Source: a virus
Lineage: Duplodnaviria; Caudoviricetes
Direction: 5' to 3' (one strand)
Virus record (IMG/VR): IMGVR_UViG_3300033066_000802
Coordinates: 90,612 to 154,611 of that record
DNA: 64,000 nucleotides
Shown: positions 9,962 through 20,622 of the stretch, piece after piece
How the letters are laid out: each line of letters starts with the position of its first letter
Numbering within the stretch: the first letter of the stretch is position 1
Made by a program: the position numbers and the translations under genes
Notes under the pieces: model-generated
What the model was told of the DNA's origin: nothing
Database searches by the model: none
Seen by the model: the letters and a program-made list of their open reading frames with translations, nothing else

Positions 9962-12900
9962 TTAATTAACAACCCTATATTTATTATATATTAAAATATT
10001 ATTATTTGTTTGCTCTATATTTTTAGCAACTCTCATTTTTAATGTGTATTCACTATCACCACCTTTCAATAAGGATGCTGATGATAATTTAACCGTTCCA
10101 GCCACTGGTACATTCTGATTAGCTACTGTGTTAAACGATGTGTTAAGATAATCTGTTAATGGTGAATAAACATTAGTCTTATGTATTTTAATTAAATCAT
10201 CGTACAATGTATTAATTTTTGTTACATATTTATTTATTTGTTCAAAAAAGTTAGTTAATGTTGTTTGTATAACTGAAGTTTTTCTACTAATTTCCCTACT
10301 ATTACCAGTTATAGTCTTACTCATCTGATCCATAATAGCTTTAATATGTACATCTTTGTTAGCGTATAATTTTTCAAAAAATTCTAACATTACAGCTTCA
10401 GATAATGAACTCATAGCAACCTTGGTACCTTTTAACGTATTTAATTTAGCTTGTACACTCGTATCAGGTGATGGTGTTGAGCAATTATAAGTTGTCCATA
10501 TATTATCAATAAATTTGTCAGTAAATGAAACACTATAATCCACACCATCCATTAAAAATAATGTGGCATCGCTATAATTTGTATCAGTTGTTGTACCAGT
10601 AACAGTAAAATAATTAAACTCATAAACACCGCTCGAATTTTTAGGGAACATTATTTTATATAATAGTTCTTGTTCATCGCTTGTATATGTGGATAATTTA
10701 GATTTAACTTTTGTCTTAAAATTAAGATCATCCCTTTCTACCCAACTAATAGTATAGTTATCAATATTATCGTTAGCTACCACACCAAGAGATTTATTTG
10801 TAAATTCAAGAAACTCATGTGATACTTTCTCATATACATAAGTCATCTTGTATTTATTTTGCAGTGTACTACCACCTTCCTTATTTGCTAATGTTGGTAT
10901 CAATAAATTAAATTGTGTTGTGCCAACAATAGTTGTTGGGTCAAATTCAATAGTTGTTGCAGAACCATGTGATTTTAATTGGAAATTATTTACATCACCC
11001 GTTAATGTTGTACCATTCAATAAAGATGTATTATTAGGTAAAACACAATAACTATCATTCGTTAAATATGAGGTATTATTCAATATAACACTTGAACCAG
11101 CTATATTATTAGTTGATCCCACTTGTCTAAAATAATACGGACTATTACCTAAAGCTAATTTATCATCAAGAGTTCCACCTGTGAAAATGTCATGTATTAC
11201 TTTTAATTTTACAATATCATTATAATTTTTGGTATTTGTATCATATATTTTTAAATATGAATCGAATGGATCATAACCAAATAATTTTTCACTATCAATT
11301 GTTAATTTAGTTTCGTTTGGTATTACTGTATATTGTTGGCTTATCCTATCATTATCAACAACACCATCGTAACCCGATAAAGCATACGTTAATCCCGCTA
11401 AATTTGTGTTTAATTCTTTTAAATTATTAACTTGATCATATACCATACTTGTTATGGTTTCAGTATACGATTGTGAACTATAAGTTTTTAATTGATTTAA
11501 TAAATAACTCCTTAATATATCCTTCTGAGTTTCATCATATCCACTCATATAAGCATCCAATACTTTAGTATCATTATACCAGAAAACTAATAAATCAGAA
11601 TCAATTTTTTTATTCAAATCATATATGAAATGATTATATAAACCAGTTAAATAACCACCATCAACTGGTTTTTTAGTATATAAACCAGCAACATCAGAAC
11701 CAATGAAAACACCATCGGTTAAATAACCAGGATTATATGTCATACCAGTTAACATTGATGTGCTATTTGGCGATACCGAAAATAATGGTTTTTTATAATA
11801 TAAACTTTGTGGATACAAATGTAATTGACTACCAACCATAGCTGTATCACCTGGTGCAAATTTTAAACCATTTGTATAGTTTTTGTTTACAGCCTTAGCC
11901 CTATAATAATCATAGATTCTTGACGTTACAGCATTATCAACACCCAGATTATTCTTAATATTACGCATGAATACCAAATCATCGGTAATCGTCAAACCTG
12001 TGTAATTAGCACATAACAATGTGTTAAGTAAGAACTTAGGTTTACTTGTGTGTGCTAACGTATCAATATAGTCACTAATATTCTTAAGGTAACTATCGTA
12101 AACCTTAGTAAATAAACCCTTGTAATTTACATCAAATGTTTGTAAATACCCCTTACTTGAATACTCACTAATAAACGCCTCTTGACCGAAGTTCTTATTA
12201 TCAATTAATTTCCATGCCTTTGTATCAGTAAGTGATTTACCAGCGACATTTGCTGTTGCATTATTATTAACTTTATCATCATATAATCTCTGATAGTAAT
12301 TTATACCATATAAACCAATGATATCACCATCGTATGAATAAGCAAATGGTTGATAAACTGTACCTGAATCATAGAATACACCAAGTTCAGTAGCTAAACT
12401 ATAGTTACTATCACCCAGGAACGATTCTGTATACGTTTTAGTTATAACATCACCAACCAAACCAACTGGTTCAGTAGATGTTTTATCATTTATCTTATAT
12501 TCCCTCGCTTTACGAGCTATAGGTATTAAATCTAATGTATCGTTATTAGATGGATCTGGATCACGCTCTTCATTAATTGATTGTCTTTCAACACCACTCA
12601 AATTAGCAGATGTTCTTTCATCGTAAATATCAGCATTAGCGTAATAATTAAAAGATAAAGCATTCTGTAACTCATTTACATGTTTCTTTAAACCAGAACC
12701 ACCTAAATATTTAAAACTTATATTAACATTCGCTATCATTGGTTGAACACCTATACCTTCTGGGTTTAAATCATAAAGCATAGGATCATAACTTATATTG
12801 CAAGAATTTATTATAATTTTTGTATTATAAAAATCACCTATCCTTAACACACATACGGGTGGTTTACCAAACACTGTATTTGTTGCATCCGTTTCAGCAC

Positions 12901-15900
12901 CATTAGTAATTGTATCACCTGGTCTTAAACACTGTTGTAAGAACGTTAATCTTGAGTTCAAACCTTCTGGTGTCATAGAGTGGAAAGCTGGTAAGAAATA
13001 TTTTAACTTCTCTTTCAATGATTTATGGATGATTGGTGTATTCTCTTCCATGTACTTGAAGTAATCAGCTTCGGTAATTAACCTATTCAACAATTTTTGA
13101 GCAATTTCTCTCTTTGTTATGTTTTGCTTTTTAGTTGTCTGATCCTCAGATGTAACCAGAGGAATTGACGTATTTGTTTTGGTTTTAGTTTTATTATCCG
13201 TAACAACATTAGTTTCAGATATTACAGTAACCTCAGCTCTTCTCGCATAAGAAGCCTGGATTGATGTAACAGCACATATAACATCCGCTTCACTATAAAC
13301 CTGTGTTGCTGGTGCTAAACAACCAATACTATCAGATGTCACACCTGTAATAATACCATCAGTTGTGGCTATTGTTCCAGCCGATATTTCAGATATTAAT
13401 TTCTCTTTATTTGCTTGAGTATCTGTGCAATAGAATACTTTATAATCAACAGCTGGTGATACACCTCTTATGATTGTCGTAAATGATACATTATTAACCT
13501 TAGAGTGTTTTATACCACCACCGTTACCAATAGCCAACATAGCCTCAGAAGGTGTTACTGTTTTAGTTTTGTTTAACTTAACGGTAATACTATCTGGTTT
13601 ATCACTATTTGACGATGGTCTATACAATGTGATCTTACTACCCGTATTTAACATAGTGTTAATACTCGATTGGTCAACGGTTTGGTTTTTATCATCAACT
13701 AAACCTGTAAATACTTCCGTTAATATCCATTTAGCGACAGATTTATACCTTCTGATAGCAACTTTTTTATTATAATCAGAAACCTGGTCATTCAACGAAC
13801 TTGTGAACGCATCAATATTTATTGTAATATTATTACCATTCTTAGTTTTTAAATCATTTAATGTCGTTGACAGTTCCTTAAAATTCTGATATAATTTATA
13901 ATAATCGGTACTATTAGAGTTATTCGGGCTGAAATATATATCAGATCCATTAACACCAATAACCTTATCATATGTTACATATTGTGCATAACTTCTACCT
14001 TTTTTAGCCTCAGTTGTTTCATCAGAAGATAACGTACCAAGTGCTAACTTAGAAAATGTATCAAAATAAACAGAACCATATGAACCAACGTTTGAATCAT
14101 CCGACTCAAGCGGTGTGTCGTTCTCGAAGAACAACGCTCTCATGTATGGTGCCGAATTAACATTATTTGTATTGTCATTATTTGGTTTCACTGTCGGTTC
14201 CTTAGCATCACATTGATCTAATTTATTTTTTATACGATCATTACCCTGATTTGTTTGAATACCCGCAATAACACTCTCAAAATAGGTTATATCATCTGTG
14301 CTGAATCGAGCCCATATTCTCGCCAACTCATATATGTCAAAATTAACACAACCAGCCCAGAAAGAATTTAAAATTTCATCAACAACACTATCTGGCATAC
14401 CATCCAATTCTTTTTGAACAAGTATGTTTAAGATTGTAGGGTGATCGACAATTATTTTGAATGATAATGAACCTGAACGCTCAGTATTATTGTACGTATA
14501 GATTGGTTCTGGTCTACCAAGGAATTGGTGTGTTGTCCAGTTTACACTCGTATCGTCAGTAAACTTCAAATCATATGGTGGGAACCACATAATTCTACCT
14601 TTATTAGGTCCTTTTTCAAATGCTCTTAAACTATCATATTGTTTAGCATCTCTCCACGCCAAATTCTCAAGTGAGAACATGAATTTGGTTGCGTTACCAT
14701 CATTAATCGCACCCTGTGGTGTTGACTTAACATTTATACCACTTTGTGGTGTTGACTTAACATTTAAACTACTTGGAAATATATTAAAATTAGCATATTT
14801 GTCTATTACCGAACCTCTCTCAAGTCTATTTAATTCAGAAAACCTTATTAGGTTAGTAACATTCATGAATGGTCTTGTTTTAGTCCATGTTCTACAGAAC
14901 TCAGCCTTATCATTTAATTCGGTTGGGTGTCTTTTACCGTTCCTTAAACCAGGTACAGCATAAACATTCTTTGTTTTGTCAGCATTCAGAGTTTTAACAA
15001 CACTTAAGGTACCATTACCTCTTGGGTAAAGAGTATAACCATCATAAAATTTGGTTTTTGTTTGATCTATAACTAAATTTATACCAGTATCATCACCAAC
15101 TTTCTCTAATAAACGTTGAGTTTTAAATAATATTGAACACTCTCTAAATCTATCGATGTAATTATTACTACCAGCAGCATTTAATAAATTACCAGCAAAA
15201 TTTGGATATGATTCATCAAAATTTGGATATGATTCATCAATTTTCGTTAATGTATTAAAATCATCAATCCTACCATCACTATTTAATTTAACTGTTGCTG
15301 GATCATAAAATGTTTCAAGATAACCATCTTTATGCCAAACAAAATCAGTTGATATTGACCCATAACCAGAAACCTCATCATAACCAGGTTCAATAAAGCC
15401 ACCAGGTATTTCATCGGTATAATCGGTTTTCATTATATTACCAATTTCTTCAACACCCTTAACCTGATCACCTTCAGAATCTTGTAAAGCAAAGAAAGGA
15501 TATTGCTTTGAAGCATCACCAAAATAATATCTTGATTTAGGTCTTTTACCACCAGTTATACCCAAAAAACCAGTTACACCGCCAATAGCTTGTAACGTTT
15601 TATCTATAGCTTGAAATATACCACTTTCATACGTTGGATCGTAACTTGGAGCATATCTATTAAAGTATAAATTTGAAAATAATTGAAATTTTTGACCAGC
15701 GCCTGTATTATTTAATGTTGTAATATCTCTTGCATTATCAGCGCCCTGCGAAGATTTACCAAGTATATCATCTAATAATCTACCAACCGCACTTCTATTT
15801 GTTGGTGATGTTGGTTGAACTGATGTATTAAAGCAAGATGGTGAATATGGTGATTGATTTTCAAGATTTAAATAATTAAACACATCCGTAGTACCTAATA

Positions 15901-16810
15901 ATGTGTTTGTAAAATAAGCCACCCTACCTATAGGGTTATTAGGTACAGTTATATCATAATTTTTAGATATTAAATTATCTTTAGGATTTTTTAATATATT
16001 AATAGCTTGTAATGGGTTACCTAAAGCATCATCCATATTGTTAAATGGCGATTCTTTAGCTAATTCACGTTGAATTCTTGCATCAAAAGCTGCATTTAAT
16101 TCCAATGCAGCGATATTCATTAATAAGGTTTCATTTTGTAAAACCTTACCTGAATAATTTATATATGTTAAAGGATCTGTTGCATAGTTTATACCACTCC
16201 TTTTATTAATATTAATATTTAATATATCTGATGGTGAATAATCATTTATAACGTATTGTGAATTTAATGAACCACCTTCGTTAACATATGGTAATTCACG
16301 CTTTGCAGGATATGAACTACTAACATTATATTTGTCAAGTGATTCAGGTACAAACTTATTTAAAGATGTATTCAATTTAACCGATTTATCAGATGTTAAA
16401 TTAAATTGAGAGGAAACCGATTTTAAAGTAGGTATTGAGTAGTCACTTAATTGTGTTAGTTTACCAATACTATCAGATAATGCAAAATATGTGTAACCAA
16501 GATTATCTGTATTAGCATCTAACTCAGAAAAATCAGTTAAAGTTAATGGTCTATTTTTAGCCAAAATTTTAGCTCTAAGTTTATTAGCCTCACTATCTAT
16601 TGTCCCAGGGTTTTTAACCCTCTGATTACCTATTACAGCATCTTTACCGAGTGCATATTCATATGCTTGTAACATACCTGAACCTTCGGTATCAAGTAAA
16701 CCCGCAATAATATCTGGCGGTGTCTTCAAGTTTAACTTTAAAACATCGTCCCTAAATTTTTTAGATAATGATTTTAAACCATTAGCACTTTCTGGCTTCT
16801 GTACATTCAT
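9962..16810 (-). CDS. giant baseplate protein with tube-initiator (gp48/gp54-like) segments and an OmpA-like domain
   Basis: 2282 aa; WTTHQFLGRPEPIYTYNNTERSGSLSFKI and PPVCVLRIGDFYNTKIIINSCNISYD...PMIANVNISF; intervening YNKKVAIRRYKSV...RRAEV. Confidence 0.65.
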   Translation of the reverse strand: MNVQKPESANGLKSLSKKFRDDVLKLNLKTPPDIIAGLLDTEGSGMLQAYEYALGKDAVIGNQRVKNPGTIDSEANKLRAKILAKNRPLTLTDFSELDANTDNLGYTYFALSDSIGKLTQLSDYSIPTLKSVSSQFNLTSDKSVKLNTSLNKFVPESLDKYNVSSSYPAKRELPYVNEGGSLNSQYVINDYSPSDILNININKRSGINYATDPLTYINYSGKVLQNETLLMNIAALELNAAFDARIQRELAKESPFNNMDDALGNPLQAINILKNPKDNLISKNYDITVPNNPIGRVAYFTNTLLGTTDVFNYLNLENQSPYSPSCFNTSVQPTSPTNRSAVGRLLDDILGKSSQGADNARDITTLNNTGAGQKFQLFSNLYFNRYAPSYDPTYESGIFQAIDKTLQAIGGVTGFLGITGGKRPKSRYYFGDASKQYPFFALQDSEGDQVKGVEEIGNIMKTDYTDEIPGGFIEPGYDEVSGYGSISTDFVWHKDGYLETFYDPATVKLNSDGRIDDFNTLTKIDESYPNFDESYPNFAGNLLNAAGSNNYIDRFRECSILFKTQRLLEKVGDDTGINLVIDQTKTKFYDGYTLYPRGNGTLSVVKTLNADKTKNVYAVPGLRNGKRHPTELNDKAEFCRTWTKTRPFMNVTNLIRFSELNRLERGSVIDKYANFNIFPSSLNVKSTPQSGINVKSTPQGAINDGNATKFMFSLENLAWRDAKQYDSLRAFEKGPNKGRIMWFPPYDLKFTDDTSVNWTTHQFLGRPEPIYTYNNTERSGSLSFKIIVDHPTILNILVQKELDGMPDSVVDEILNSFWAGCVNFDIYELARIWARFSTDDITYFESVIAGIQTNQGNDRIKNKLDQCDAKEPTVKPNNDNTNNVNSAPYMRALFFENDTPLESDDSNVGSYGSVYFDTFSKLALGTLSSDETTEAKKGRSYAQYVTYDKVIGVNGSDIYFSPNNSNSTDYYKLYQNFKELSTTLNDLKTKNGNNITINIDAFTSSLNDQVSDYNKKVAIRRYKSVAKWILTEVFTGLVDDKNQTVDQSSINTMLNTGSKITLYRPSSNSDKPDSITVKLNKTKTVTPSEAMLAIGNGGGIKHSKVNNVSFTTIIRGVSPAVDYKVFYCTDTQANKEKLISEISAGTIATTDGIITGVTSDSIGCLAPATQVYSEADVICAVTSIQASYARRAEVTVISETNVVTDNKTKTKTNTSIPLVTSEDQTTKKQNITKREIAQKLLNRLITEADYFKYMEENTPIIHKSLKEKLKYFLPAFHSMTPEGLNSRLTFLQQCLRPGDTITNGAETDATNTVFGKPPVCVLRIGDFYNTKIIINSCNISYDPMLYDLNPEGIGVQPMIANVNISFKYLGGSGLKKHVNELQNALSFNYYANADIYDERTSANLSGVERQSINEERDPDPSNNDTLDLIPIARKAREYKINDKTSTEPVGLVGDVITKTYTESFLGDSNYSLATELGVFYDSGTVYQPFAYSYDGDIIGLYGINYYQRLYDDKVNNNATANVAGKSLTDTKAWKLIDNKNFGQEAFISEYSSKGYLQTFDVNYKGLFTKVYDSYLKNISDYIDTLAHTSKPKFLLNTLLCANYTGLTITDDLVFMRNIKNNLGVDNAVTSRIYDYYRAKAVNKNYTNGLKFAPGDTAMVGSQLHLYPQSLYYKKPLFSVSPNSTSMLTGMTYNPGYLTDGVFIGSDVAGLYTKKPVDGGYLTGLYNHFIYDLNKKIDSDLLVFWYNDTKVLDAYMSGYDETQKDILRSYLLNQLKTYSSQSYTETITSMVYDQVNNLKELNTNLAGLTYALSGYDGVVDNDRISQQYTVIPNETKLTIDSEKLFGYDPFDSYLKIYDTNTKNYNDIVKLKVIHDIFTGGTLDDKLALGNSPYYFRQVGSTNNIAGSSVILNNTSYLTNDSYCVLPNNTSLLNGTTLTGDVNNFQLKSHGSATTIEFDPTTIVGTTQFNLLIPTLANKEGGSTLQNKYKMTYVYEKVSHEFLEFTNKSLGVVANDNIDNYTISWVERDDLNFKTKVKSKLSTYTSDEQELLYKIMFPKNSSGVYEFNYFTVTGTTTDTNYSDATLFLMDGVDYSVSFTDKFIDNIWTTYNCSTPSPDTSVQAKLNTLKGTKVAMSSLSEAVMLEFFEKLYANKDVHIKAIMDQMSKTITGNSREISRKTSVIQTTLTNFFEQINKYVTKINTLYDDLIKIHKTNVYSPLTDYLNTSFNTVANQNVPVAGTVKLSSASLLKGGDSEYTLKMRVAKNIEQTNNNILIYNKYRVVN
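14715..14766. repeat. in-frame 30-nt-period duplication (NVKSTPQ x2)
   Basis: tgtggtgttgacttaacattta at 14715 and 14745. Confidence 0.9.
15196..15240. repeat. perfect in-frame 21-nt tandem duplication (DESYPNF x2)
   Basis: caaaatttggatatgattcat at 15196 and 15217. Confidence 0.95.
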
Positions 16811-16821
16811 TGTTATATATT

Positions 16822-19245
16822 TTATTTACTTATAGGTGTTACAGGCATTTTGTTATTATTATGTTGTGCTGAACCATGATCTAAACCATGTTTTAGACTA
16901 TCCATATAAGTTGCTAATGTATATCTACCTATTTTTTCCAAATCATTTATTGTTATTTCCTTACCGTCTTCCGATCTTACAGTTATGGTTCCACTATGTT
17001 TCATTTCAGCGGCACCACCAGTGGAATTACCACCACCATTCATTGACGCTTTATCAAATAGTACCCCAATATCACCCTTTCCACCCTTCAATACCCTACC
17101 ACTCGGTGTAACCAGAGCATCATTTACTAATTCATGTGTTGCACCGTATTTGGTCTTGAAACCATCTTTAAGTTCCTTAGCTACACTCTCATCACTCGAC
17201 AAGAATGATGAGGTATTATTAGCTAAATCATTTAATCTTTTATTAAAACCCTCTTTACCACCACCCATATTAGCTATGTTTTTATTTTCTAACATAGCCT
17301 CTAATTGATTATTCACACCTAAATTCTTAAGTTTATCACCACCTAACCAACCAGGTAATATATCACCGATTGATTGAAACAATTTACCAAAACCATACTT
17401 TAAATACGGACCTATTAACCCCCATAGTTCAGTGGCTAACGTAACAAATCCATTTTTAATTTTATCCCAAAAAGAACCATTACCTTTCATAACATCAATT
17501 AATTTGGTTATAATACTTGTTGTACCTTTAAAAATATCATCAAGTGTTTTAGCTAAACCACCATTTGGATCAAATAAACCCTTTAATCCAGGTATAATCA
17601 ATTTCACCATCGAATCCATAAATTCATCAAGTTGATCCATAAAACCACTACTCTCCAACTGATCAAAAATCTGTGCAAATACCTGTGTAAAACTATTTGT
17701 AAACCTATTGAATAGGTTAGATATTTTATCCATAAAACTCATTCTATCATTAGCTGATTTTTCATCCTTCTTCTTTTGTTCAATTATTTCCCTGAATTGG
17801 TTCGTATCTGTTAAATTCTCAAGTAATGTATCAGCACCCTTCGAATTCTTTATTACATATCCTTTCTGTTTATCATCAAACCTTATTAAATTCGATAAAG
17901 CCATTTTATCCTGATCACTAAACATTCCACCAACACCCATCTTAGTTAAAGCATTCATCTTATCCGCTAACTTAGCTTGTTCGATTGCACCATTTTTCAT
18001 CTGTTCAAAATCAACACCCAGTCCAGTAGCCGCTTCTTTCAAGATCCTCATTTGTGCTGGTGGTATGTAGAAGATACCATCACTATTTTTTTGAGCTAAA
18101 CCTTTCGTTGCATCCATAAGATCCTTCGCAAATTCTTCTGGTGTGTTTTGAGCCTTATACATTAACTCAAAAGCATCACCAAATTTCTCAGCAAATTGAC
18201 CACCAAGTACCTGCATTTTAGCCGCAGCTTCAACAGCACCCTCTGGTTCAAAGAATGAATCAGACATTTTTTGTGATATCTGTGTAATATCCATTCTCAA
18301 TTGAGTCGCCTGTGTTGCTAATTTAACCATATTATCCAAACCGCTCTTCATCTGGAAACCAGTTAAACCCACAACCAGCTGTTGATACTGTGATAGTATT
18401 TTACCAACATTTAAACCAAGCTTTGCTCCCAAATCCCTGGCTGTGTTAGTCGATTTTGTAACTTCATCAATACTGATACCCAGATTATCAAATTCAGCGG
18501 CTAATTTAGTGGCACCATCTATACCAAGATTTGTACCCAAACCCAATTTAGTTAAATTTTCAACATCTTCCGAATTAATCAGTCTATTTTTACCAGTAAC
18601 CTCAGTAAAACCACCAATCATTTTAACAACATCTTCCATTGAACCACCAAACCTCATAGCGGTATCAGTCATTTCAGTGAAATTGATTAATAATTGCTTT
18701 GAATCTACTTTTGCTAAACCAATATCAGCAGCTAAACCGCCAACAGCTTTTTGCATAGCCATGTAGTTATTGAATGCCGTTGTAAGGATACCTTTAGCAA
18801 AAGAATACATAGAACCCAATACACTATTGATAACACCGAAAGCACCACCAATAATACCTGTAATACCCTCAAGTATCGTTTGCATCCACTGTGGTAACAT
18901 ACTTTTAAGTGAATGACCAATATTACCAATACCTGCAATCAATTTACTTGGCATTTTAAGTAATAATTTATCAATACCGTCAGCTATTTGTCTAACCCCA
19001 CCACCAATTGTTTTTGGTATGTTGAGCATAACCTTATTAACAATTTTATCAGCATCTCTCGATACCTGTTGTGTTAATGTACCTGTACTTGAAAAATTAG
19101 CCGATGAAAAGTTACCACTTTGCCTATACCTACGTGCATAGTCAGTTGTACTGGAATGCCCACCATATTGACCAATTCTATGAATTTCTTTCAATTCTTT
19201 CAATTGGCGCTCCAATAAATTAGCTATGTCATTTAAATCAGCCAT
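16822..19245 (-). CDS. tape measure protein
   Basis: 807 aa, helical A/G/L/M/K-rich; lies after the chaperone pair and before baseplate genes. Confidence 0.8.
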   Translation of the reverse strand: MADLNDIANLLERQLKELKEIHRIGQYGGHSSTTDYARRYRQSGNFSSANFSSTGTLTQQVSRDADKIVNKVMLNIPKTIGGGVRQIADGIDKLLLKMPSKLIAGIGNIGHSLKSMLPQWMQTILEGITGIIGGAFGVINSVLGSMYSFAKGILTTAFNNYMAMQKAVGGLAADIGLAKVDSKQLLINFTEMTDTAMRFGGSMEDVVKMIGGFTEVTGKNRLINSEDVENLTKLGLGTNLGIDGATKLAAEFDNLGISIDEVTKSTNTARDLGAKLGLNVGKILSQYQQLVVGLTGFQMKSGLDNMVKLATQATQLRMDITQISQKMSDSFFEPEGAVEAAAKMQVLGGQFAEKFGDAFELMYKAQNTPEEFAKDLMDATKGLAQKNSDGIFYIPPAQMRILKEAATGLGVDFEQMKNGAIEQAKLADKMNALTKMGVGGMFSDQDKMALSNLIRFDDKQKGYVIKNSKGADTLLENLTDTNQFREIIEQKKKDEKSANDRMSFMDKISNLFNRFTNSFTQVFAQIFDQLESSGFMDQLDEFMDSMVKLIIPGLKGLFDPNGGLAKTLDDIFKGTTSIITKLIDVMKGNGSFWDKIKNGFVTLATELWGLIGPYLKYGFGKLFQSIGDILPGWLGGDKLKNLGVNNQLEAMLENKNIANMGGGKEGFNKRLNDLANNTSSFLSSDESVAKELKDGFKTKYGATHELVNDALVTPSGRVLKGGKGDIGVLFDKASMNGGGNSTGGAAEMKHSGTITVRSEDGKEITINDLEKIGRYTLATYMDSLKHGLDHGSAQHNNNKMPVTPISK

Positions 19246-19277
19246 TAATCTATGTTTAGTATAAATAGTTTATAATA

Positions 19278-19307
19278 AAAAAAACCAATTATTATTAGTA
19301 ATTGGTT
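19278..19307 (-). terminator. probable intrinsic terminator
   Basis: minus strand aaccaatta-ctaataa-taattggtt followed by a T-run, right after the 19306 stop. Confidence 0.55.
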
Positions 19308-19557
19308 AGTTAGTATTTCCAGATGCAGCAGCATCGGCTCTCTTTTTTCTTTCCTCAGCTTCGTCCATAAGATGATCCAGCATTATTTTTCGCTCATATA
19401 CTGGCATTATCAATAAGTCTGAATATGCGAAACGTCCATGTCTTATCAAGACATACATCTCATATATTAAATCATACTTATATGTCGAAGTAGGGCCAAA
19501 GAAACTTGGTTGTGATGGGAAGTTCACCAAAAAAAAACTCACCAGACGGTGCCTCAA
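19306..19557 (-). CDS. tail/baseplate assembly chaperone C-terminal part (T4 gp51-like), start uncertain, possibly frameshift product
   Basis: FAYSDLLIMPVYERKIMLDHL resembles the gp51/gpGT-type motif; overlaps the upstream gene in the +1 frame. Confidence 0.7.
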   Translation of the reverse strand: MRHRLVSFFLVNFPSQPSFFGPTSTYKYDLIYEMYVLIRHGRFAYSDLLIMPVYERKIMLDHLMDEAEERKKRADAAASGNTN

Positions 19558-20236
19558 TATTGATAGTAGTATCTAAACCAGGCTCATGTTCGTTGATGTA
19601 TTTCCTAAGTGAAGATGAGTCATAAGGCGACATATTATTTACAAATTCTATAATTGCCGATTTATCTCTAATACCGTCAATTTCCATTATTTGTGATTGT
19701 AATCGTTTAGTTAAAACCTCAGATACGGCATTTACCCCTATCTTTTTTCTCTTACTCTCATCATCCTTAACGATTTGATCGTCTTCGGAAGCGGTAAGAT
19801 ACCTGTATTTCACATTTTTCTTAGCTCTTGGTAACAAGAATTCAATTTCACCGTTTTGGTCTGGTTGAACTGTAATCACTTTAGCTTGGAATGTACTAAT
19901 ATCAATATCAGCTTCGAATTTCTGCCTTGTTTTAGGGTCTTCTAATTCAACGTTGTATATCTCACCATACCCAGTAGCCCTTAACCAGAAAAGAATGGCA
20001 TTCCTGTCGCAAGCAAGCATATCCTTTGGTCTTAGATCCTTATCCATAACCTTCCTATCCAGTAACATCTCCAAAACCTTACCCGATTGAATCAAATTCG
20101 GTGACGTTAATAGGTTTTCATCGGTTGCCGTAAGATACGAAACCTTCACTCTATCTTTCTTATTCTTATAAAATAAGCCACCTGATGGTAATTCAATTAC
20201 ATCATGTTGTGGTTCAAGCATTTGCATTTCATTCAT
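19478..20236 (-). CDS. baseplate hub assembly/tail assembly chaperone (T4 gp26-like)
   Basis: IELPSGGLFY...YLTATDENLL...DRNAILFWLRATGYG...FLLP...YRYLTASED; located between tube and tape measure. Confidence 0.8.
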   Translation of the reverse strand: MNEMQMLEPQHDVIELPSGGLFYKNKKDRVKVSYLTATDENLLTSPNLIQSGKVLEMLLDRKVMDKDLRPKDMLACDRNAILFWLRATGYGEIYNVELEDPKTRQKFEADIDISTFQAKVITVQPDQNGEIEFLLPRAKKNVKYRYLTASEDDQIVKDDESKRKKIGVNAVSEVLTKRLQSQIMEIDGIRDKSAIIEFVNNMSPYDSSSLRKYINEHEPGLDTTINIEAPSGEFFFGELPITTKFLWPYFDI

Positions 20237-20237
20237 A

Positions 20238-20579
20238 TTATATTGTTTTTGTTATCTTTAATATATAGTCGTTATTTTGGTTTTTCAACAAATTTATATT
20301 CTTTTCAATAGTACCACATCTTTCTTCAAAAGTCAATACATCATTAATATTTAAATTAAACCATTCACCCATTACTGATTTTGAACTAAATTCACGATGT
20401 AATGTTTTCTCAATAATTGAAGCGTAATTTGTATTATATGTTTTTAATACAATTAATTGTTCAGAGCTACCTGTTTGGAGGTTTCTAACTCTATTATTTA
20501 AATTCTTACTTGATGTAATACCAATTTTGTAATAATCAGTATTATTTGCATGTATTAGATAAATGACGTTCTTTCCCAT
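20238..20579 (-). CDS. GIY-YIG-like nuclease (T5orf172/Mug113 family)
   Basis: IYLI...YYKIGIT...RVRNLQTG...EKTLHREF...GEWF. Confidence 0.85.
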   Translation of the reverse strand: MGKNVIYLIHANNTDYYKIGITSSKNLNNRVRNLQTGSSEQLIVLKTYNTNYASIIEKTLHREFSSKSVMGEWFNLNINDVLTFEERCGTIEKNINLLKNQNNDYILKITKTI

Positions 20580-20622
20580 GTATTTATTAATATAAGAATA
20601 AATAAGTCAAAATAAAGTTTAT

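Noticed and set aside
613-19000. Numerous short plus-strand ORFs opposite the structural genes
   Set aside because: Antisense shadows without motifs or credible starts
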